DNA of 64,000 bases from Octopus bimaculoides (taxonomy: Eukaryota). The notes under the pieces are model-generated. The model did no database searches. It worked only from the letters and a program-made list of their open reading frames with translations, and was not told where the DNA came from. Position numbers and translations under genes: made by a program. Numbering within the stretch: position 1 is the stretch's first letter; each line of letters starts with the position of its first letter. The DNA lies in NCBI RefSeq assembly GCF_001194135.2, contig NC_068998.1, forward strand, positions 10,044,581 through 10,108,580, read 5' to 3'. Positions 49,161 to 62,393 of the stretch are shown here, in pieces.

Positions 49161-49615
49161 TACTATTTATTGATATCGCTGTGTTTGTTTGTTGTTTCTG
49201 TTATTATCAGGTTTTGTTGTCATTGTTTTTTTGTTTTTGTTTTTACTGTTGTTGTTGTCACTGATGTCGCTTTTAATTATAACGCTGTTCTGCCTTTATT
49301 GTCGGTGCTAATTATGCAACTGCCATTGTTATTGTTGTTCAAGTCGTTCTTCTATGCTTATCGCTGCTTTCAATATCGTTGTTATTTCTGCTGTTATTGT
49401 CGTTGCTAATCCTGTACTTTTTGCAGTTGCTATTCCAGTTGTCATCGTTGTTGCTATTGTTGGTGTTATTTTTATGATTATTTCTGCAATTGTTCTTGTT
49501 GCCATTCCTGTTGTTCTGGTTATCAACGTAAGTAGCATTCACAATTTAGTCGCTGTTATTACATATACTCATTCTTGCTGTTGTTGTTGTTGTTGTTGTT
49601 GTTGTAATCCTTATC
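49000..49615. repeat. Low-complexity (GTT/ATT/GCT)-type trinucleotide region
   Basis: Direct inspection. Confidence 0.85.
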
Positions 49616-49625
49616 GACGACCATA

Positions 49626-49830
49626 AGGCGGTGAGCTGGCAGAATCGGTAGCACGCCTGAAGACGTGTTCAGTCGCATTTCGCCAGTCTTTACGTCCTCA
49701 GTTCAAATTCCGCTGAGGTCGGCTTCACTTTTCATCATTCGAAGTCGATAAAATAAGTACCAGTTGAATATTGGGCTCGATGTAATCGACTAGTCCCCGC
49801 CCCTCAAAAAATTTTAGGCCTATGATTTGT
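49626..49830 (+). mobile_element. SINE family A
   Basis: GGCGGTGAGCTGGCAGAA...CAGTTCAAATTCCGCTGAGG. Confidence 0.8.
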
Positions 49831-49837
49831 TGTTGTT

Positions 49838-50490
49838 GGCACACCGTCGCTTACGACGTCGAGGGTTCCAGTTGATCCGATCAACGGAACAGCCTGCTCG
49901 GGAAATTAACGTGCAAGTGGCTGAGCACTCCACAGACACGTGTACCCTTAACGTAGTTCTCGGGGATATTCAGCGTGACACAGAGTGTGACAAGGCTGGC
50001 CCTTTGAATTACAGGCACAACAAAAACAGGAAGAAAGAGTGAGAGAAAGTTGTGGTGGAAGAGTACAGTAGGGTTCGCCACCATCCCCTGCCGGAGCCTC
50101 GTGGAGCTTTTAGGTGTTTTCGCTCAATAAACACTCACAACGCCCGGTCATGGAATCGAAACCGCGATCCTATGACCACGAGNNNNNNNNNNGCTGAGCA
50201 CTCCACAGACACGTGTACCCTTAACGTAGTTCTCGGGGATATTCAGCGTGACACAGAGTGTGACAAGGCTGGCCCTTTGAATTACAGGCACAACAAAAAC
50301 AGGAAGAAAGAGTGAGAGAAAGTTGTGGTGGAAGAGTACAGTAGGGTTCGCCACCATCCCCTGCCGGAGCCTCGTTGAGCTTTTAGGTGTTTTCGCTCAA
50401 TAAACACTCACAACGCCCGGTCATGGAATCGAAACCGCGATCCTATGACCACGAGTCCGCTGCCCTAACCACTGGGCCATTGCGCCTCCA
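49838..50490 (-). mobile_element. SINE family C, with an apparent assembly duplication across a 10-N gap
   Basis: 49920-50182 is repeated almost identically from 50193. Confidence 0.85.
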
Positions 50491-51767
50491 CAGGCTTATG
50501 ATAGAAAAGGATTATAAGGCAGAATCGTAAGCATATTGGACAAAAATGCTTGGCGATATTTCATATACCGTTGCGTTCTGAGTACATATTCCACCGAGGT
50601 CCACTTTGCCTTTCAACCTTTCAAAATCGATAAAATAAGTCCCAGCTGAGCACTGGAATCGATGTAAATTGACCACCTCTTCCTCGACAAAATTTCAGGC
50701 CTTCTACCTATAGTAGAAAAGATTATTATTATTATTGAGTGATGATGGTGGAGATGGTGATGATGATGGTGGCAGTGATAGTAGTGGTGGTGGTGGTAAT
50801 GATGTGTGGTGGTGATGGTGATGATGTCGGCGATGATAATGATAATGGTGGTGAAGATGGTTATTGCTATTGTGTAAGACATCTCAATACTGCTGGGGTT
50901 TTTTGTTTTCTTAATTTTTTACAATTTTTTTCGATGGAAATTTTTTGTTAACTTACAAACATGTAAAAGACAGCTTCATAGAGAGAGAGAGAGAGGATTG
51001 AGGAGAGCAGACGATACAACAGCAGCGAGGTATTGTTTCATCATGATAAACCTGATTCAGCGCGCACACATAAACGCACGTAGACATGTACACATACATA
51101 CACATATACTCGTATAAACCTACACACACACACACACACACGCATAAACACATGTATGGACCTTATAACACACACACACACACACACATTACTAATCCGA
51201 CTATTTTTATGAGTTGATGAATCAAAATTATATATTTTGCAATATAGACGACATAGAACAATACACATACGATATGAATGTGTATGTATGTATGTGTGTG
51301 TGTATGTATGTATATACACACACATATATATATACATATACACACAAATATATGTATAAATATACACATAATATATTCATATATATATATATATATATAT
51401 ATANNNNNNNNNNNNNNNNNNNNNNNNNNNNNNNNNNNNNNNNNNNNNNNNNNNNNNNNNNNNNNNNNNNNNNNNNNNNNNNNNNNNNNNNNNNNNNNNN
51501 NNNNNNNNNNNNNNNNNNNNNNNNNNNNNNNNNNNNNNNNNNNNNNNNNNNNNNNNNNNNNNNNNNNNNNNNNNNNNNNNNNNNNNNNNNNNNNNNNNNN
51601 NNNNNNNNNNNNNNNNNNNNNNNNNNNNNNNNNNNNNNNNNNNNNNNNNNNNNNNNNNNNNNNNNNNNNNNNNNNNNNNNNNNNNNNNNNNNNNNNNNNN
51701 NNNNNNNNNNNNNNNNNNNNNNNNNNNNNNNNNNNNNNNNNNNNNNNNNNNNNNNNNNNNNNNNNNN

Positions 51768-51843
<76 letters not shown>

Positions 51844-52734
51844 GATGGTTCTGTATGAAAATAGTTGCTTGCGCGCACGCGCACGCGTGTATGCATTTGC
51901 GTATGAAGAAGTGTAGATGGCGTTATATATATGTGTATAAGTCAGCGCGCATAGTGGATGCGTGTTCGTGAGTACGTGTGTGTGTGTGTGTGTGTGTGCC
52001 TTTGTGTGTATGTGTGTATGTTTGCATGTGAATGTGTGTGCGCACGCAGACAGACACACTTGTAATAATTTCGATTAATCAGTTCAGGACAGCTTATGAA
52101 ATGAAGGTCGGAGCCAATAGTCCTCGGGGAGGAAAGAAAACAACGTTGACTGCAGAGATATATCTTTGATGTGTTCACTATAACAATATATGAACACAAC
52201 AATAACCTTTATCATGTTGTACGGTGGTCATATGACACGATAGTGCCGTAGTTATGACCTTTACGGTTTTCTCCTCTCTCCTACAAACTGGTTGGCGAGG
52301 TTGCCAGTATGATTGAGAGGAGGAACGTAGCCTTGCCAACTGGGCAGGGTATAGTTCGTTGAAGAAGTCTCATTTGACCGAAACATGTCCACTACTCTTT
52401 TCTCTTGGCTTTAAAGACAAGATGTACGCGCATCCTTATCGTTTATTTTCCGAAAAATTTCAAATAACTGATCTTATTAAAGTATAGAAAATCGCTCCTT
52501 GGATTTGACCCTGCGGCGGCTCCGCTTTAATGTGAACATGGATTTGGATTAGCAAGTTAGTTAATACTATTACCATATTCGGTAATTTTATAGCAACAAG
52601 CGATAAATCCTTTACATAGATAACCAACAAGTCTATCTACATTGCTTACAGCTCAACACATCTTTCAGCGGCTCTAATAAGAAGTGAGTCGGTTGACATT
52701 AAAAGAAAATTGGAATAAACATGCGAAATTCTTT

Positions 52735-53160
52735 TCTACTCTAGGCACAAGGCCCGAAATTTGGCGGGAGGGGGCCAGTCGATTAGATCGTTCCCAGTAC
52801 GCAACTGGTACTTAATTTATCGACCCTGAAAGGATGAAATGCAAAGTCAATCTCGGCGGAATTTGAACTCAGAAAGTAAAGACAGACGAAATACTGCAGA
52901 GCTTTTCGCCCGGCGTGCTAATGTTTCTTATTTCCTTATTGCCCACAAGGGGCTAAACATAGAGGGGACAAACAAGGACAGACAACGGGATTAAGTCGAT
53001 TATATCGACCCCAGTGCGTAACTGGTACTTATTTAATCGACCCCGAAAGGATGAAAGGCAAAGTCGACCTCGGCGGAATTTGAACTCGGAACGTAACGGC
53101 AGGCGAAATACCGCTATGTTTTTCGCCCGGCGTGCTAACGTTTCTGCCAGCTCGCCGCCT
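52735..53160 (-). mobile_element. SINE family A tandem dimer
   Basis: Same architecture as 27135-27510. Confidence 0.85.
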
Positions 53161-54000
53161 TTAATTTACTACCATATTATTAATGAAATGGCTGTCTGCG
53201 AACTTTCTAGATAATAAGATTGGATGCAAAGATTTGTAATAGAAAGAATGTATAACACTGATTATGAATGTCAATNNNNNNNNNNNNNNNNNNNNNNNNN
53301 NNNNNNNNNNNNNNNNNNNNNNNNNNNNNNNNNNNNNNNNNNNNNNNNNNNNNNNNNNNNNNNNNNNNNNNNNNNNNNNNNNNNNNNNNNNNNNNNNNNN
53401 NNNNNNNNNNNNNNNNNNNNNNNNNNNNNNNNNNNNNNNNNNNNNNNNNNNNNNNNNNNNNNNNNNNNNNNNNNNNNNNNNNNNNNNNNNNNNNNNNNNN
53501 NNNNNNNNNNNNNNNNNNNNNNNNNNNNNNNNNNNNNNNNNNNNNNNNNNNNNNNNNNNNNNNNNNNNNNNNNNNNNNNNNNNNNNNNNNNNNNNNNNNN
53601 NNNNNNNNNNNNNNNNNNNNNNNNNNNNNNNNNNNNNNNNNNNNNNNNNNNNNNNNNNNNNNNNNNNNNNNNNNNNNNNNNNNNNNNNNNNNNNNNNNNN
53701 NNNNNNNNNNNNNNNNNNNNNNNNNNNNNNNNNNNNNNNNNNNNNNNNNNNNNNNNNNNNNNNNNNNNNNNNNNNNNNNNNNNNNNNNNNNNNNNNNNNN
53801 NNNNNNNNNNNNNNNNNNNNNNNNNNNNNNNNNNNNNNNNNNNNNNNNNNNNNNNNNNNNNNNNNNNNNNNNNNNNNNNNNNNNNNNNNNNNNNNNNNNN
53901 NNNNNNNNNNNNNNNNNNNNNNNNNNNNNNNNNNNNNNNNNNNNNNNNNNNNNNNNNNNNNNNNNNNNNNNNNNNNNNNNNNNNNNNNNNNNNNNNNNNN

Positions 54001-54360
54001 TGTACCCTTAACGTAGTTCTCGGGGAGATTCAGCGTGACACAGTGTGACAAGGCTGACCCTTTGAATTACAGGCACAACAGAAACAGGAAGTAAGATTGA
54101 GAGAAAGTTGTGGTGGAAGAGTACAGCAGGGTTCGCCACCATCCCCTGCCGGAGCCTCGTGGAGCTTTAGGTGTTTTCGCTCAATAAACACTCACAACGC
54201 CCGGTCTGGGAATCGAAAATACGATCCTATGACCGCGAATACGCTGCCCTAACCACTGGGCCATTGCGCCTCCACGGCGGAACTTGAACTCAGATTGTAA
54301 CGACGGACGAAATGCTGCTAAGCATTTTGCCAAGCATGCTAACGATTCTGCTTCTCGCCA
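54001..54360 (-). mobile_element. SINE family C abutting a family A head
   Basis: Similarity to both families. Confidence 0.85.
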
Positions 54361-54828
54361 CCTTCTTAACAACAATACGCACGCACGTACGCACGCATGC
54401 ACATGCACAAAACACACGGACTGGTCACGGCGCTTGATTCATATATGTCTGTTCAATGAAGGTTATCTTGATACTGAACGAAAACCAGCAACGATAACTA
54501 CAATAATGACGACGTAAAAAAAGAGTCAGGTTAAGACACTCCTTAGCCCGATGCAGACGATTTGCAAACCAGACGACTTATAATATTACAGCGTTTCTCA
54601 ATTTATTGTGAATGGCTTTTGTGAATGTATCAGAGAAATGATTGATTATATGGCTGCGTGCGTGTGTGTGTGTGTGTGCCCACACTAAGATGTAGATGCG
54701 TGTGTGAGTACATAAATATGAGTATGTATGTATAATGATGAAGGACATCTATTTCATCAGCTAACTTTTCCAGAGGCAAAACGATTTGTACACACACACT
54801 CGCTCACTCACTATCCCTCACGCACGCG

Positions 54829-54889
<61 letters not shown>

Positions 54890-54892
<3 letters not shown>

Positions 54893-55108
54893 GTTCAAAC
54901 AAGAAAAACGACAAAAAAAAACAACAATGCGAGGACGTGATACAGATACTGTGTTACTGGACGCTCAGGAAAGGAAAGAAAGAGAACCTGACGTTTCGAG
55001 CGGAGCTCTTCGTCGGAAATATAGGAAAGTCCAAAGAAGAGAAGACGGAGGAAGAAAAGATCGCCAACGATATACACGAGGTTACATTGTGGAATATGTA
55101 ACGGAGTG
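54890..55108 (-). mobile_element. Dispersed repeat carrying a hammerhead-like motif (Penelope-like terminal repeat candidate)
   Basis: Related to 46950-47040 and 22045-22235. Minus strand 55016-54990 reads CCGACGA-A-GAGC-UCC-GCUC-GAA-ACGU-C. Confidence 0.55.
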
Positions 55109-56622
55109 NNNNNNNNNNNNNNNNNNNNNNNNNNNNNNNNNNNNNNNNNNNNNNNNNNNNNNNNNNNNNNNNNNNNNNNNNNNNNNNNNNNNNNNNNNNN
55201 NNNNNNNNNNNNNNNNNNNNNNNNNNNNNNNNNNNNNNNNNNNNNNNNNNNNNNNNNNNNNNNNNNNNNNNNNNNNNNNNNNNNNNNNNNNNNNNNNNNN
55301 NNNNNNNNNNNNNNNNNNNNNNNNNNNNNNNNNNNNNNNNNNNNNNNNNNNNNNNNNNNNNNNNNNNNNNNNNNNNNNNNNNNNNNNNNNNNNNNNNNNN
55401 NNNNNNNNNNNNNNNNNNNNNNNNNNNNNNNNNNNNNNNNNNNNNNNNNNNNNNNNNNNNNNNNNNNNNNNNNNNNNNNNNNNNNNNNNNNNNNNNNNNN
55501 NNNNNNNNNNNNNNNNNNNNNNNNNNNNNNNNNNNNNNNNNNNNNNNNNNNNNNNNNNNNNNNNNNNNNNNNNNNNNNNNNNNNNNNNNNNNNNNNNNNN
55601 NNNNNNNNNNNNNNNNNNNNNNNNNNNNNNNNNNNNNNNNNNNNNNNNNNNNNNNNNNNNNNNNNNNNNNNNNNNNNNNNNNNNNNNNNNNNNNNNNNNN
55701 NNNNNNNNNNNNNNNNNNNNNNNNNNNNNNNNNNNNNNNNNNNNNNNNNNNNNNNNNNNNNNNNNNNNNNNNNNNNNNNNNNNAGAGAGAGAGAGAGAGA
55801 GAGAGGAGGGTTGTATATAAGATATATACCTGAGTCGAATTTCTCTTCTTCAGACAACCTCACTTTTTCTTCCTCAGACCTCATTTATAATCAGTCTGTC
55901 TGTCTGTCTCTTTAATTATTTATTTCACTGATAAAATATAGATAATGAAATACTTGTCCTCAACGACTCATATAGAATAATCTACTTAGTGTACACGTAA
56001 CTTTCAACTTAAGTTTGTTTATCGACTAACGTTGATAACAAACAAATGGATTAAATTACTATATTCTTCTGACGATCTACCGTTACAAAGTCGTAACGTA
56101 ATCGTCTATGGTAACAATTACAACATGGAAGTTTTGTTTTTGTTTTTCTGTAAAGCCATTTTACAATGTTACTCTACTACGTATTCAGATGTCTTGAATT
56201 TATTGATGATCCAGCAATTTTACAGGATATGGTTTTTTCACCCATTTTGTTTCTTTAAGTTGCCGCCTTCATATTAAACTATTTCACAGCTTGTAACTAA
56301 CCAATTTCCATTTCGAAGTTGATTTAATAATTTAATTTTCATATCGAGAGAAATCAACTTCGACAGACACATCTGCCTTAACGTAATCTACGAGTGGATC
56401 AGCATGGCACTATGCGGCAAGAACGGATCTTAATGAATTTCCTATTCGACGGGCTTCTGCACAGTTTCCTTTAACTCAATTTCAATTATTGGGTTGTTTC
56501 GAGGTTATGATTAACAACACTTATCCAATATGTCACGCAGTAACATCGAGCACCGGGCCTCTACGTACAAAAACAATACACGTTATGACTCATGTAAACA
56601 TACATACGTACTCACAAACACA

Positions 56623-57219
56623 CAAGGGTCCGAGAACAGGGGGTGCAAGTGCTCCCCCCCCCCCCAAAAAAAAATTTTGTGAGGATACAAGATTCTATAC
56701 TGGACCCCCTACTTACCTTTCTCAGGCTTAGAAAATAATGTTTAAAAATTGATCAGTAATGAAAAGTTGCTGTGTATACAGACATGACAAGTAAATAGAC
56801 ACCCCACAAAACATCATTTTATGTTTATTCAAACTTGAAATGGTTTATATTTTTTATTAATTGATATTTTTTGTTAAATTGAATGTTCAACACACTTCGC
56901 CGTTTGAAGACCTGACTCCGTACCACAATGACACAAAACCGTCTGACACTGTGTTGTTAATGCATGAACATATAAACTTGTGCTATGAAAACACTTTGGA
57001 CATCCTCTTGGAAAACTTCATCGCCAAAGCGAGCGAGTATAGAAAAGTTTTTGAAATGATTTGAAACATTAGTTTTCCATGTATAATAATAAAAATAATA
57101 TTATCATACCTATGTTTGCTTTCATATTAAGATTGAAAATAAATCGGCATTGTTTTTAAAAGAATATCGGACGTGAGTTTGCACCCCACCCCCAAGTAAA
57201 TTTCGTTCCCGGACCACTG
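56623..57219 (+). mobile_element. Internally deleted hAT-type DNA transposon
   Basis: Imperfect TIRs CAAGGGTCCGAGAAC and reverse-complement CAGTGGTCCGGGAAC. From about 56886 it translates FNTLRRLKT*LRTTMTQNRL, the hAT C-terminal dimerisation motif (SFSxLRRLKTxLRxTMxQxRL). Confidence 0.7.
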
Positions 57220-57849
57220 CACACAACCACACACTCACACACACACAAACACATAAGCACATACAAACACGCACAAGCTCATACACATACACATACGTGC
57301 TGAGATACACGTACGTACGCATCAAATACGCACAAATACACACATGCACACACTACACGCGTACACACACACTACACACGTACACACACACACACGCGCT
57401 GTGAGACATACACACGCAAACACACGTGCATGCACACATACAATCACACGTTATCAGAGACACGCGCACATATACACGGGTACGTACGCACACATATAAA
57501 CACACACACACACACATCACAACGTGTCAACGAGGTCAGCCAATATATTTGTTGTCAAGCTTCTCTTGTTAGTTTTCATGACAGTAAGAAACCTCATCTG
57601 ACCAACTTCCTTTTAACTTTGTGTTGACATAGAAACCAACCACAAATCATCTTTGTTTTTGCGTGCTGCTGTTGTTGCTGTTGTAGTAATTTGTATTGGT
57701 CTTCACTAAGTGCATGACATTGTGTCTAGTGTATATGGCTGCCTAAGTTTGTATGTGTGTGTGTGTGTGTGTGTTGTGTTGTGTTGTATACGCAAGCGTT
57801 TTTGTATGTGCATGTTTATAGGCGTATGTGTGTGTGATTATGTATGTAT

Positions 57850-58075
57850 GTATGTCTATCTTCTGTATGCGTAGGTCTTTAGGTAGGTGTGTGTGTGTGT
57901 GTGTGTGCATATGTGTGACCTCTGTATGCGTATGTCTTTGTGTGTGTGTGTGCCCTCTGTGCAGTACGTCTTTAGGTGTGTGCGTATATGTGCATATGTG
58001 TCTCCTCTGTATGCGTATGTCTTTAGGTATGTGTGTGTTTGTGTGTGTATGTCTTTAGGTGTGTGTGTGTGAGTA
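57850..58075. repeat. TG-rich minisatellite (core TGTATGCGTATGTCTTTAGGTGTGTG)
   Basis: About 4-5 imperfect copies. Confidence 0.8.
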
Positions 58076-59102
58076 ACGTAGATAGGTAAGGGTGTTGGGG
58101 AGGGCGTCCCTTTTAAGGTGGAGGCACTTTTGAGTCTGCTGTACAAGCCTAGGCTTATACCCTATCCTCAGTGTGTAGGGGTGTCAAACTCAAGAGATCT
58201 CCCGGGTGGCACACACTCTAGCTACGCCGCTAGTGTGTATATGCGCGCGCGCTGGTGCATATGTGTCGTCTGCCTGTACGAGTGTTCGTACGTACATGTG
58301 TGTGTATATGTGAGCGTCTTTGCACTGTGTGTGTATGTATGTCTACTTGCATTGGTTTCTGTACGTGCATGTGTATGTATGTGCTTTTATTTTACTTTTC
58401 ATTCTTAACATCGACGTCTTCTTTTTAAATTCTTATTGTTATTCGTTTTTTTTTTTCCTTGTTTTGTTTTCTTTAACAATGACAATCGATAGTTGAAACT
58501 TGACCAGATTGTAATTTATACCTTGTTCTTTCTCTTCTCTGATACATTTACCCACCCAGATGACCGATAGCTCATATAACAATCCATAACTCATTAGTAG
58601 AGCTTCAATTTCTTCGTCGTTATATGTTTTTGTTTCTTTCTTTCATGGTTTATTCGTTTGTATGATTCATGTTTCATCGTCGCCATTATACAATGGCAGC
58701 CGTCGCCAGCTTTTTTTAATACTTCTCTGACAACAACGAAAGGCAACAGGCCAACGTGGGAGGCCTGTACATGGTCGGTTGTCTTCCGATTTGCTAGGAG
58801 ACAAGTAAACCAGATCCATCTCAGTTTCCTCACACACACGCGAGCGAGAGANNNNNNNNNNAGGTGTGGGGGGGGGGGGAGAACACCCCTAGATAAAACA
58901 GTCCTGCAAGCATAGTTTTGTGGTTAAGAAAAACACTTTATAGCCGTGTGGTTCCTAGTTCTGACTGAACAGGCCGGCACCTTGGGTAGCTGTCTTCTAC
59001 TATAGAGACAGACCGGCCGATATCTTGTGAGTAAATTTGGTAGACGAAAACTGTGGAAGCCCGTGTGTGTTGTGTGTGTATGTATGTATGTATGTATGTA
59101 TG

Positions 59103-59340
59103 TATTAAAAATGGGGAAAGCCGGTTTATGTGATTACCTTAGGTTTCCCGTCCATAAAGGGTTTAGCTTTATGGTGTATCGTCAAATCCCAAAACCTGTT
59201 TGCTCAAGACTTCTTTAAAATATTTTAAGAGGTCTTGAGCCAACAGGTTTTTATGATCTGACGATACGCCATAAAGCTAAACCCTTTATGGACGGGAAAC
59301 CTAAGGTAATCCCATAAACCGCCCCTTCCTCTTTTTAATA
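59103..59340. mobile_element. Palindromic foldback element (about 238 bp) in a TA-rich context
   Basis: 59122-59220 pairs with 59223-59321 with few mismatches; the outer arms extend imperfectly to TATTAAAAA / TTTTTAATA. Confidence 0.8.
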
Positions 59341-59394
59341 TATACTGCTCTACATCTTAGAGTGTGCTTCTTTCGGATTTATGTTTTTTACAAA

Positions 59395-59445
<51 letters not shown>

Positions 59446-60679
59446 ATCCGTTTAGAGAAAAATTTGTAGTTTAGAATCAGTAGTTCTTTGACTGCTATTT
59501 CTAAATTTTCAGTATGTTGGAGAAGCAACTCAATGCTAATCCCTGTATATTTATGATAGATAGATAGATAGATAATCAGTAATGGTTTTAGCAGTATAAT
59601 TGTTGTTGTTGTTATTGCTTTTCAAATCTGGCCTCGTTAGATAACAATTAATGTCAACGGGGTCTTCCAACATAAAAAAAACCCCCGTTCCCCTCATCTC
59701 AAAAGTAGTCTTTTCTGCTAATAACAGATTCTGTGATGTTCTTTACAGATTAGTAACCGCTAAGATTAGTTTAACATAGCGTACAACGAGAGTTCTTTTA
59801 CTCACAAGCAAATTCAGTCTCGCATGTTTTTAAAAGATATGACACGGCACCATTCAACGATGTTACAACTCAAGACAGTAAAAGCATTGTGATGCTAGAT
59901 GCAAAACCATGTCATAATTAATTCTTTCTAATTTTTGGCACAAGGCCACCAATTCTGAGAGGTGGGGAAGTCAGTTCAATGCTCAACTAGTACTTATTTT
60001 ACCAACCCGAATGGATGAAAGGCAAAGTTGACCTCGCGTAAAAAGCCAGAAGAAATGCCGCTAAGCATTTCGTTCGGCACGCGCTAACGATTCAGCCAGC
60101 TCACCGCCTTACACCATGTCATAATTAATAATTATCAATTAATGCTGTTCTTGTTCCACAGACCAAAACAGGTTTAAAAAGATGATTCACAGTAACCTGT
60201 CACTGCGCCAGCTAACAAAGATCACACTTCTCTTTCAGACGTGAAAATTCTATTTTCTTATATTTCTTGAGATTTTCTCCCACTTTTCTTAGCGACCCAC
60301 AGACGTTAGCCGTTAGGCTTTTGTTTTCTTTCTTCAACCAAGAACCAAATTTCAATTATATGTCATCTCTCATGAGTAGATCCTATAATTAAATGCGTTT
60401 TGGGCCTGACCGTCCCATTTATACACGTATATGAATGTGTGCATGCGTGCATGTGTGTGTGTGCATGCATGCGTGTGGATGTGTGTGTGTGCATGTGCGT
60501 GCGTGAGTGCATGAGTGTGTGAGCGTGTTTATTCAATGTGCAATGCATTTAAGACGGTTGGTGGGATATGAGGGAGATATGGCTCCAAATTTTTATTAGA
60601 GAAATGAGACGGGACGGTCACAGAGTGACTATTCATAAGGTCTACCGGATCAGGGTTGGCCTGAAATTACAATAACCTT

Positions 60680-61075
60680 TTCTTCTCTGGGCACAAGGCC
60701 CGAAATTTTTGGGGAGGTGGGGTGGGGAGCAGTCGATTAGATCGACCCCAGTACTTAAGTTATCGACCCCGAAAGGATGAAAGGCAAAGTCGACCTCGGC
60801 GGAATTTGAACTCAGGGCGTTAAGACAGACGAAATACCTATTTCGTTATCGTTATTGCCCACAAGGGGCTAAACATAGAGGGAACAAATAAGAACAGACG
60901 AACGGATTAAGTCGATTACATCGACCCTAGTGCGTAACTGGTACTTAATTTATCGACCCCGAAAGGATGAAAGGCAAAGTCGACCTCGGCGGAATTTGAA
61001 CTCAGAACGTAACGGCAAACGAAATACCGCTAAGCATTTCGCCCGGTGTGCTAACGTTTCTGCCAGCTCGCTGCC
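60680..61075 (-). mobile_element. SINE family A tandem dimer
   Basis: Same architecture as 27135-27510. Confidence 0.85.
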
Positions 61076-61614
61076 TTCCAACAGTTACAATAACGGTAAT
61101 CAAAGACGCTTCATAATGTCGCTCGGACGAGGTCACAATGGTACTACTACTACAACTACTACCACCACCACCAACACCACTACCAACCAATACTACTACT
61201 ATTACTACTGCAGCTACAACTATTACTGCATACTAACGTCGGTACCACAACCACCACCATCACTCCCATCGTCCCACCAGTAATCACCCTCGTTACAGAA
61301 ACTACAAGGTCTCTGTGTGACAAGAGACAACAGTTGTGCTGTTAGTTGAGACGTGAGCTAGATTCTTTCTAACAGGGCAGAGAATCTTGTAATATCTCAC
61401 TCCAGCCACCACCATCACCAACGTCACCCACAACTACATCAACATTCCTCGTCACTTCTTCCAAACTGAATTACTTTACACATACCTCTTATTTATTGTT
61501 ACATGGCTGCAACTATAAGCTATAATCCACACATACATCTTATATGCTACACACACACTATCACCACCACTGTCATCATTAACGTCACTTATTTCTTTCA
61601 ATATTTCGACAGAT

Positions 61615-62070
61615 TAAGGGTGGCGAGGTAGCGAAATCGTTATAGAGTCGGGAATAATGCTTAACGGCATTTCCTCCGACTGTACGTTCTGAGTTCAAAT
61701 TCCGCCGAGGTCGACTTTGCCTTTCGTCGTTTCGGGGGTCGATGAAAAGAGTATCAGTCAAGCACTGGGGCCAATGTAATCGACTATCCCTTTCCCCACA
61801 AAAAAACTTTGCCTTTCATCCTTTCGGGGTCGATAAAATAAGTATCTGTTGAGTACTGGGGTCGATTTAATCGACTTAACTCCTCCCTCGAAATTGCTGG
61901 GGTTGTGCCAAAATTTGAAATCAATATCTTTATGGATTTTGGGCGGTGAGCTGGCAGAAATGTTAGCACGCCGGGTGAAATGCTTAGCGGTATTTCGTCT
62001 GTCTTTATGTTCTGAGTTCAAATTCCGCCGAGGTCGACTTTGCCTTTCATCCTTTCGGGGTCGATAAATT
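61615..62070 (+). mobile_element. Cluster of SINE family A copies
   Basis: Heads near 61620 and 61941. Confidence 0.85.
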
Positions 62071-62253
62071 AATTTTGTAAATCCATACGATGACAGCATC
62101 CATACACGGGCTATAGAAGAAGCAATTCACGCTCACCAAGAAGAAACATACGCGACAACGTGCTTGATAATGTTTTTATCAGACTAGTGCTGCTTCTCTT
62201 CCATATTTGCATTTATTCTTACGCATACATTGTTTGGGCAAAGCCGCATATAG

Positions 62254-62393
62254 TCTTGCACGCCATGAGCATATAAGTCGTAACCTGGCGAAGCGACTCA
62301 CCTCCAATCCTGGTCAGGTACGTGATGTTGACAAGCCACAAAAAACGACGAAACATCAATGTCCATCACTCCTAGACGAGGACGAGATTAAGG
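62254..62393 (+). CDS. Candidate coding exon LARHEHISRNLAKRLTSNPGQ|VRDVDKPQKTTKHQCPSLLDEDEIK
   Basis: Open, GC-elevated frame with two strong donors (CAG|GTACGT at 62317 and AGG|GTGAGT at 62393). The acceptor gcatatAG| is mediocre; phase-2 compatible with 41209. Confidence 0.35.

Noticed and set aside
49920-50456. 263-bp tandem duplication of a SINE
   Set aside because: The two copies are nearly identical and joined by a 10-N spacer, typical of an unmerged contig overlap or haplotype artefact.
56077-56105. CTGACGA...GTCGTAACGT, hammerhead-like
   Set aside because: The GAAA box is missing and there is no convincing stem II.
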